This document shows positions 57,556-64,000 of a stretch of 64,000 nt of DNA, piece by piece. The translations under genes were made by a program, and so were the position numbers. Numbering within the stretch: the first letter of the stretch is position 1; every line of letters begins with the position of its first letter. The notes under the pieces were generated by a model that was given only the letters and a program-made list of their open reading frames with translations, had not been told where the DNA came from and ran no database searches. The stretch is from Candidatus Rariloculaceae bacterium (GTDB lineage: Bacteria > Pseudomonadota > Gammaproteobacteria > Steroidobacterales > Rariloculaceae), in assembly GCA_045561025.1 (NCBI GenBank), contig JBJKYM010000015.1:6599-70598 (forward strand). Direction: 5' to 3'.

Positions 57556-58649
57556 TCGAGCATCCCGCGCTGACGATTCGTTCGATTGGAACGCGCGCCG
57601 TCAGTCCGACAATGAGAAACCCGCTGGCGACGAGTGTCGCGCGAATGGAGATGGCGCCATTCGTGCTTGTCGATATCGAGACGGAGGAGGGCGTCGCCGG
57701 TTGCGCGCACGCATTCTGCTATCTGCAGATTGCGGCGCCGATGATTCGAACGGTTATCGAGGAGCTCTCGACAGAGCTCGAAGGTCAATCCGTCGACCCG
57801 GACGCGATCAGACGGCTTGGGCGAAGCCGCCTCGCGTTACTCGGCACGCCGGGCGTCGTCGGCATGGCGCTTTCGCTACTCGATGTAGCCTGTTGGGATG
57901 GTTTGGCGCGGGCCGCCGGCATGTCGTTGTCCCGCTACCTTGGCGCTGAAGTCGGCACGATTCCCGCCTACAACAGTAATGGTCTCAGTCTGACTGAACC
58001 GACGGGACTTGCCGATGAAGCGCTTGCGCTGCTCGAGCCCGGCTTTGAAGCCGTAAAGATCCGCCTTGGGCGGGCCGACGCGCATGAAGACCTTCGTGCG
58101 CTGCGTCTCGTTCGTGCCGCGATTCCTGCGGAGATCGCATTGCCGGCCGACTTCAATCAGGCGCTCTCGGTCGACGCCGCGATTGAGCGTGGCACAGCAC
58201 TGGACGATGAGGGCCTCGAATGGATTGAAGAACCAGTCGTCCACGACGATCTCGTCGGTAGCTCGCGAGTTGCCGCGGCGCTCGAGACACCGATTCAGAT
58301 TGGTGAGAACTTCGCCGGGCCGGCGACGTTGGCCGCATCGATAGAACTCGGTTCCTCCGATTTCGTCATGCTCGATCTGATGCGCATCGGTGGCGTCAGT
58401 GGCTGGCTTGAGGCCGCGGAGATCGCAGAGAAAGCGGGCCTGCCGCTGTCCTCGCATCTGTACCCCGAAGTGAGCAGCCATTTGCTCGCGGCGTCGCCGA
58501 CGGCGCACTGGCTGGAGTATGTCGACTGGGCCGAGCCGTTTCTCGCGCATCCTGTCGAGATCTCAGCGGGCCAGGCCACTATTTCTACGGAACCCGGTAC
58601 CGGCGTGATCTGGGACGATGAGGCCGTTCAGCGGTATTCCATTGATTAA
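57552..58649 (+). CDS. mandelate racemase/muconate lactonizing enzyme family (enolase superfamily) protein
   Basis: FEAVKIRLG, ADFNQA, LEWIEEPV and DFVMLDLMRIGG motifs; ATGA overlap with the upstream gene. Confidence 0.8.
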   Translation: MIEHPALTIRSIGTRAVSPTMRNPLATSVARMEMAPFVLVDIETEEGVAGCAHAFCYLQIAAPMIRTVIEELSTELEGQSVDPDAIRRLGRSRLALLGTPGVVGMALSLLDVACWDGLARAAGMSLSRYLGAEVGTIPAYNSNGLSLTEPTGLADEALALLEPGFEAVKIRLGRADAHEDLRALRLVRAAIPAEIALPADFNQALSVDAAIERGTALDDEGLEWIEEPVVHDDLVGSSRVAAALETPIQIGENFAGPATLAASIELGSSDFVMLDLMRIGGVSGWLEAAEIAEKAGLPLSSHLYPEVSSHLLAASPTAHWLEYVDWAEPFLAHPVEISAGQATISTEPGTGVIWDDEAVQRYSID

Positions 58650-58761
58650 TCTCCGAGCGGATTACTCTGTCGGTACATTTCGAAAGATTCATCCGGCCGG
58701 GGCTGAAATCGAAAATTTCGAGGTATATTTAGCTAACTCTTCATTTCAGGGTCGCTCGCCT

Positions 58762-59808
58762 ATGTTCAGAAGTCTTGCCGGTATCGTTGCCGCGTTCCTT
58801 TGCCTGACCGGAGCTCAGGCTCACCACTCTGTAACCCACTTCTCGCCGGATTTCACCGAGATGGAGGGTACGCTCGTCGATCTCAAGTGGCGCAATCCGC
58901 ATGTCTATTTCTATCTCGAAGTCGAAGAGGATGACGGTTCGACCCGAGTCTGGGAAATGGAGGCGGGCACGATCTATATGATCGGGCGTGCGGGCGTAAC
59001 GCGCGATATGTTCACAATCGGCGAGCGGGTTCGAGTCGCCGGGAACAGGTCGACCGTTTATGAGGACAAATTCTGGTTGACCAATGTTCTGCTTTCCGAC
59101 GGCCGTGAAGTTCTCGTCGTGGCACGCGGAGCACCGCGCTGGGCGGATGACCTGATCGGTGGGAGAAATCAGTGGAGCAACGCCGCGCTGCATGACGACA
59201 ACACCAACGATGCTGATGAGGGAATTTTTCGCGTCTGGAGTCCGCCGGGGCCTGATGCGGGCGTAGTGGTCGTGAGCGATCCCGAGCAGCGACAGTTGGC
59301 CAGCATCGCGACTGCCGCATCACTTGCCGTTCGCGAGACCTGGGATCCCTACGCCTTCGACGAAGCATGTGAGCGCGCCGGTACGCCGCGCGTCAACTTC
59401 GGTCCGCACCCACATCAGTTAATCGAAGACGGTGAGGACATTCTACTGCTCTCGGAAGAATTCGATCTTACGCGCAGATTTCATATGAATAGCGATCTGG
59501 ACCCCGAAGATCAGCCGCTGTCCAAGCTCGGGTTTTCCGTTGGTCGCTGGCAGGACGACAGGACGCTGGTCGTCGAGACATCACGCGTGAATTTTCCCTA
59601 CATGAGCCTTGCCGGTTATGGTCAAAGCGAACAGATGCGGATGACCGAGGTCTATACGTTGAGCGAGGACGAAACGCAGCTGGCCTATAAGGTGACGATC
59701 ACCGATCCCGTGATGCTGACGGCGCCTTATATACAGACCGGAGTCTGGGTCGACCTGGGAGAGGGCATGGTCGGCTACGACTGCGTCCCATCGGCCAATA
59801 GCGAATAA
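58762..59808 (+). CDS. HH/NPH family member (fused N+C domains)
   Basis: MFRSLAGIVAAFLCLTGAQA|HHSVTHFS, WRNPH, EGIFRVWSP, EACERAGTP, VGRWQDDRTLVVET, VGYDC. Start trimmed to ATG 58762. Confidence 0.82.
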   Translation: MFRSLAGIVAAFLCLTGAQAHHSVTHFSPDFTEMEGTLVDLKWRNPHVYFYLEVEEDDGSTRVWEMEAGTIYMIGRAGVTRDMFTIGERVRVAGNRSTVYEDKFWLTNVLLSDGREVLVVARGAPRWADDLIGGRNQWSNAALHDDNTNDADEGIFRVWSPPGPDAGVVVVSDPEQRQLASIATAASLAVRETWDPYAFDEACERAGTPRVNFGPHPHQLIEDGEDILLLSEEFDLTRRFHMNSDLDPEDQPLSKLGFSVGRWQDDRTLVVETSRVNFPYMSLAGYGQSEQMRMTEVYTLSEDETQLAYKVTITDPVMLTAPYIQTGVWVDLGEGMVGYDCVPSANSE

Positions 59809-59829
59809 CTACGCCTGAGGGGGCATATC

Positions 59830-60858
59830 GTGACTAGGAATAACAACTATAAAGTCCTGATCAGTCTGGCTTTCACTGCCGGGCTCGTAAGCTGCAGCAC
59901 CGAAGAACCAGCAGATCCGGCGGCAAGCTATACGATTGAACAGATCGGTCCGGATGTCTACAAGGCGTCGACCGTGACGCATCGCACGATGCTTCTTGTC
60001 ACCGACGACGGCGTCATCATGACGGATCCGATTAATCGCGAGTTCTCAACCTGGCTGAAAGGGGAGATAGAGCAGCGATTCGGTGTTCCCGTTCGGTACG
60101 TTCTCTATACCCATCATCACTGGGATCATGCCTCGGGTGGTGCGGTCTTCGAGGACACGGCAACGTTCATCGCTCAGGAAAAAATGCTCGATTATCTGGC
60201 TCTGCCACCTGCTGGTACGCCGCTTCCCCGAAGTGCGAGGCGTTACGATTCAGACGGCAATGGACAGATCGAGATGGCCGATGCCGGTGGCATCTACGAA
60301 ACAAGATTCGCGCTCTATGACTACGATGGAGATGGAATTCTCTCGGGTCCTGAGGCCACGCGTGGCGCGCTCAAAGATGTCCGTATTCCCGATGTGACCT
60401 TCGAAAATGAAATCACCGTATCGCTGGGTGGCAAGACGGCCCGATCGGTCTATGTGGGTGCGCATACGCATTCGGACGACATGAGCGTTATCGTATTTCC
60501 GGCAGAGAGTGTCGGCTTCATGGCTGACTTCATCAGCATAGAGCGACCGCCACGGTATATTCAGGGAAATCGCCCCGTCGACTCCTGGATCGCGGCCGTA
60601 CGCGTCGTCGAAGCACAGGGGTTCGACCTTGCCGTAGGTGGTCATGGTAACCATGCAGACAGCGAGTACGTAACCTACTTTCGTGAGTATCTCGAAGAAC
60701 TACGCGACAGCGTCGCGCGCGGCATAGAGAACGATGTGTCTGTCGAAGATCTGCACGAGAGCATTTACATGGACAAGTACGCTGACTGGATTAGCTACGA
60801 TGAGTTTCGCGAGTCCAACATCACCGATATGTACAACATTCTGACGCAAGAGTTCTGA
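59830..60858 (+). CDS. MBL-fold metallo-hydrolase lipoprotein with an inserted EF-hand pair
   Basis: Lipobox FTAGLVS|C; HxHxDH motif YTHHHWDHASGG; EF-hand loops DSDGNGQIEMAD and DYDGDGILSGPE at aa 140-175. Confidence 0.78.
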   Translation: MTRNNNYKVLISLAFTAGLVSCSTEEPADPAASYTIEQIGPDVYKASTVTHRTMLLVTDDGVIMTDPINREFSTWLKGEIEQRFGVPVRYVLYTHHHWDHASGGAVFEDTATFIAQEKMLDYLALPPAGTPLPRSARRYDSDGNGQIEMADAGGIYETRFALYDYDGDGILSGPEATRGALKDVRIPDVTFENEITVSLGGKTARSVYVGAHTHSDDMSVIVFPAESVGFMADFISIERPPRYIQGNRPVDSWIAAVRVVEAQGFDLAVGGHGNHADSEYVTYFREYLEELRDSVARGIENDVSVEDLHESIYMDKYADWISYDEFRESNITDMYNILTQEF

Positions 60859-60882
60859 ACCAGTACGACTTAGGAGTTCCGG

Positions 60883-61620
60883 ATGATTCCTTCTTTCTTC
60901 CGGCAGACTGTTCTGCCAATCGTGATGAGCCTTGCTCTCTGCGTTGCTGCGAATGCCGAGACCGTTGTCCTGTACGGCGCCAGCGGAAATCTCGGTAGCA
61001 TTATCGCCGCCGAGGCGCTGGCTCGCGATCATGACGTTATCGGTGTGGCACGCAATGCGGCGTCGATGAAGATCGATCACGCCAACTTCACTGCGGTAAG
61101 CGGTGACGTTACGGATGTCGATTCGATGGCCGGCATTATCGACTCAGCGGATGTCGTCATCATCTCTGTGAACGGAAACGGGGAAGGCAATCTGCCGGAG
61201 AACGCGATCGTCAACAGAGCCGCGCAGACATTCATCGCGGCAGCGCGAAGGGTGGGTGACGACGCGCCGCGTGTCATCCAGATGGGTGGCGGGACAACGC
61301 TGTACAGCGACGGCGAGCTGGTTCTGGACACGCTCGGTTTGGAGGGCGGCGAGCCGCGTCACGGCATTTATTACGGGCATATCGCCGCGCTAGAACACTA
61401 TCGCGCTGCCGCAGATATCAACTGGACCGTGATTACACCGCCGCCGGGGGCTGCGCTAAACGCCGGTGAGCGCACGGGAGGCTTCCGTGTTGGCGAAGAA
61501 GAGATAATCGTCGGCGAAAATGGTGAAGCATCTATATCTCGCCAGGATCTCGCGGTTCTGTTCATCAACGAGGTCGAGGATCCGCAGTCGATCGGTAAGC
61601 GCATCACGCTGGGATACTGA
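60883..61620 (+). CDS. NAD(P)H-binding (atypical SDR/NmrA-like) protein with N-terminal signal-like sequence
   Basis: MIPSFFRQTVLPIVMSLALCVAANA|ET followed at once by the Rossmann motif VVLYGASGNLGSIIAAEALARDHDVIGVARN. Confidence 0.72.
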   Translation: MIPSFFRQTVLPIVMSLALCVAANAETVVLYGASGNLGSIIAAEALARDHDVIGVARNAASMKIDHANFTAVSGDVTDVDSMAGIIDSADVVIISVNGNGEGNLPENAIVNRAAQTFIAAARRVGDDAPRVIQMGGGTTLYSDGELVLDTLGLEGGEPRHGIYYGHIAALEHYRAAADINWTVITPPPGAALNAGERTGGFRVGEEEIIVGENGEASISRQDLAVLFINEVEDPQSIGKRITLGY

Positions 61621-61690
61621 TCCTCGGGCCAGCGACCGAGAAGCGCTATCGAGTGCAAGCATTAGAGCGGCCAAGTCGCCAGGGTGTCCT

Positions 61691-62998
61691 ATGAGATTTA
61701 CGGTATTCGTTTTCTTCTGTTTGCCGTTGCTGTCGGCGTGCACGCCGGACGCTGGTCCCTCTGAGCAATCAAGCGCGGTGGTTTTCGAAGGCGCGCGGCT
61801 GATCATCGGTGACGATAGTCAGCCGATAGAGAATTCCGTATTCGTTGTTGAAGGCGGACGCCTGTCGCAAGTCGGCGTAGCCGGGGCCGTTACGGTCCCC
61901 GATTCCGCAGCGAGAGTGAACTTGGCCGGCAAAACCGTGATGCCAACGCTAATCGATCTCCACGTTCATCTCGGTTATCGCGATATTGAGGGTATGACGG
62001 ATGTTCCCGCGAATTTCACACGCGACAACGTCATCGATCATCTGCGGCGGTCGGCTTACTACGGTGCTGCCGTCGTGTTGAGCATGGGCCTGGATCGCGG
62101 CGATATCGCTTTCGAACTGCGCGACAACCCTGTTCCCGGTGCCGCGCGACTGCTGACTGCCGGACCCGGTATCGCCCGGCCGAACGCGAGCACGGGTGCT
62201 ACTGACCGACGCGATATCGCGTATGGCGTGGATACGGAGTCTGAAGCTCGAGCGGCGGTTCGGGAACTAGCGACAAGTAACGTCGACGTCGTAAAGATCT
62301 GGGTTGATGACAGAGGTGGCACTGTCGAGAAACTGACGCCGGAACTCTACGACGCAATTATCGAGGAAGCGGACGCTCAGGGGTTACAGGTCGCTGCACA
62401 TATTTTTAATCTCGAGGATGCGAAGGGATTGCTACGGGCGAATTTGCATGGCTTCGCGCACGGCGTCCGTGATCTCCCTGTCGACGCTGAGTTTATGGAG
62501 CTGCTCGCTGCTTTGCCGGATCTTTACCTGATCCCGAATCTGCCTGAGCGTGGACCGCGAACGGACGACGACCTGCGCTTCGCAGCAGAGACGCTGCCCG
62601 CTGAAGAAATCGAAGTTATGCGTGCTGCTCAGGCGACTTTCGAGATCGATCCGGCGGAACTCTTCGAAACTCAGGCGGGCAACCTTCTGGCGATGCACAA
62701 CGCGGGCGTGACAATCGGCTTCGGTACGGACAGCAGCGGCGCCGGATGGGAGGCTCATGAAGAGCTATTCGACATGGTTGAAGCGGGCCTGAGCCCTGCA
62801 GAGGTCATTGTTGCCGCTACCAGCACGTCAGCGGAGATTATCGGCCTCGATGATCTCGGGACGCTGGAAGTCGGCAAGAGCGCCGACTTCATCGTTCTGA
62901 ACTCGAATCCGCTGGATGATATCGCCAATACGCGGGACATCGCCGGCGTCTATCTGCGCGGCGAGTCCGTCGATCGCGACGGGCTGCGTCAGCAATAG
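61691..62998 (+). CDS. amidohydrolase-family lipoprotein
   Basis: MRFTVFVFFCLPLLSA|C lipobox; metal motif PTLIDLHVHLG, AAHIF and GFGTDS motifs. Start trimmed to ATG 61691. Confidence 0.8.
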   Translation: MRFTVFVFFCLPLLSACTPDAGPSEQSSAVVFEGARLIIGDDSQPIENSVFVVEGGRLSQVGVAGAVTVPDSAARVNLAGKTVMPTLIDLHVHLGYRDIEGMTDVPANFTRDNVIDHLRRSAYYGAAVVLSMGLDRGDIAFELRDNPVPGAARLLTAGPGIARPNASTGATDRRDIAYGVDTESEARAAVRELATSNVDVVKIWVDDRGGTVEKLTPELYDAIIEEADAQGLQVAAHIFNLEDAKGLLRANLHGFAHGVRDLPVDAEFMELLAALPDLYLIPNLPERGPRTDDDLRFAAETLPAEEIEVMRAAQATFEIDPAELFETQAGNLLAMHNAGVTIGFGTDSSGAGWEAHEELFDMVEAGLSPAEVIVAATSTSAEIIGLDDLGTLEVGKSADFIVLNSNPLDDIANTRDIAGVYLRGESVDRDGLRQQ

Positions 62999-63139
62999 AC
63001 TACTGCCGGCGTATTCGATCAGGCGCTACGCGGTGCTGACGTCCAGCGGCCCACCCCCTGGCTTAGCCGGCTGGCCCGAATGCCGGCAGGTAGGTAACAT
63101 GCCTGCGTCGGCGTTTCGGCGAGAAGAAATCTAGGTTCA

Positions 63140-64000
63140 GTGGATCCGGTCTGTCACACACTCGTGGGCGCGTCTCTCGGCGCGACCGGGCTCGCGAACA
63201 AGACTCGTCACGGCATGCTGACGTTGATGGTCGCAGCGAATCTTCCCGACATCGACTTCGTTTTCTACTTCAGAGATGACGCGAGTGCCTACGCATTTCG
63301 ACGCGGCATCACCCATGGCATTCCGGCAATTCTTCTGTTGCCCGTACTGCTGGCTCTCGCGATCGCGGTTCTCAGCCGTAGATTCTCAAGCGCCAACACG
63401 GGACCAGCAGTCTCGCTTCGATGGCTCATCATCCTGTCCCTGATCGGCGTCGCCTCGCATCCTGCGCTCGATTGGCTGAACAACTACGGTATGCGTTGGC
63501 TGATGCCCATGGTCGATCGCTGGTTCTATGGCGACACACTTTATATCGTCGATGGGATTGTCTGGACTGCATTGATCGCCGGACTTGTCGCAGCGCGCCG
63601 GATGAATCTGGACAAACTTCGATGGTATCGACAGCCGACCACGATATCCCTCGCGTTCATCGTGACCTATATATCGATCAGTTTCGCGATGACCCAGTCC
63701 GCCGAACAGCTCGCGCTACAGAATACGCTGGAGGATCCACCGGATCGCCTGCTCGCCTCTCCCGTGCCCTTCAAACCTCTGGAGCGTGCGATGATCTTTG
63801 ACTACGAGGGCGAGTACCGGTTCGGTACCGTCAGATTCGGCCCCCGGCCGCGTTTCGAATGGGGTGAGGCGGTTATTCCTAAGGGCGACCCTGAAGTACT
63901 GGAGCGCGCGCGGCGCACACGTGACGGAGGATGGTTTCTCCGCTGGTCACGATTTCCGTACTCGGTCGTAGATGTCTCGGGCGAGGGCACCCAGGTTCAG
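63140..64000 (+). CDS. membrane-bound metal-dependent hydrolase, YdjM/YbcI (DUF457) family, 3'-partial at window end
   Basis: My own translation from GTG 63140 (not in the ORF track because it has no stop): VDPVCHTLVGASLGATGLANKTRHGMLTLMVAANLPDIDFVFYF...GITHGIPAILLLPVLL...ASHPALDWLNNYGMRWLMP.... Open through base 64000. Confidence 0.6.
   Translation, partial: MDPVCHTLVGASLGATGLANKTRHGMLTLMVAANLPDIDFVFYFRDDASAYAFRRGITHGIPAILLLPVLLALAIAVLSRRFSSANTGPAVSLRWLIILSLIGVASHPALDWLNNYGMRWLMPMVDRWFYGDTLYIVDGIVWTALIAGLVAARRMNLDKLRWYRQPTTISLAFIVTYISISFAMTQSAEQLALQNTLEDPPDRLLASPVPFKPLERAMIFDYEGEYRFGTVRFGPRPRFEWGEAVIPKGDPEVLERARRTRDGGWFLRWSRFPYSVVDVSGEGTQVQ

Noticed and set aside
1-64000. Genome-wide stop-codon reassignment (TGA as Trp or Gly, or TAG as a sense codon) as the explanation for the in-frame stops.
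   Set aside because: All three stop codons appear in-frame in different genes, and TGA, TAG and TAA also terminate well-conserved genes at the expected ends. For example, TAG ends the TBDR at 2335, TGA ends xerD at 21333, and TGA ends the SMP-30 gene at 49299.
1-64000. CRISPR arrays, IS elements, transposases, toxin-antitoxin or known defence genes.
   Set aside because: No direct-repeat/spacer periodicity, no transposase or integrase-like ORF other than xerD, and no nuclease or ATPase defence-type genes were seen in any frame.

Overview
GC-rich (by eye) proteobacterial, gammaproteobacterium-like chromosomal window in two parts. (1) About 1-24.4 kb is ordinary core genome: a TPP-riboswitch-controlled thiamine-salvage operon (TonB-dependent receptor, PnuC-family transporter, kinase), a 3-hydroxyisobutyrate-DH-family oxidoreductase, tesB, translationally coupled SulP transporter and gamma-carbonic-anhydrase-like genes, gpmA, the giant NAD-glutamate dehydrogenase, zapE, acetoacetyl-CoA synthetase, ETF-ubiquinone oxidoreductase, a decayed relic of a TonB2-type ExbB/TPR cluster, a PlsC-family acyltransferase, xerD-dsbC, a dihaem cytochrome c and an aldo/keto reductase. 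(2) About 24.5-63 kb is an accessory island made almost entirely of exported proteins of unknown or only generic function, with no transporter, mobile element or CRISPR seen. Its main signal is an 11-gene paralogous family. It has 9 copies of an N-terminal domain whose predicted mature N-terminus is His-His followed by an invariant NPH motif. It has 10 copies of a C-terminal domain with a conserved Cys pair and a GxW(E/D)GD(T/V/S)(L/F)VV motif. The two domains occur fused, split into adjacent genes, or duplicated. Between these genes lie MBL-fold hydrolases (one with an EF-hand pair), cupins, two tandem endostatin-like proteins, beta-propeller proteins (NHL, LVIVD, ASST-like), a TetR/EthD pair, and two peroxiredoxin-like genes whose catalytic Cys codon is TGA (candidate or ex-selenoproteins). 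At least seven in-frame stop codons interrupt otherwise well-conserved island genes. All functional calls rest on motif recognition by eye; no database search was run.
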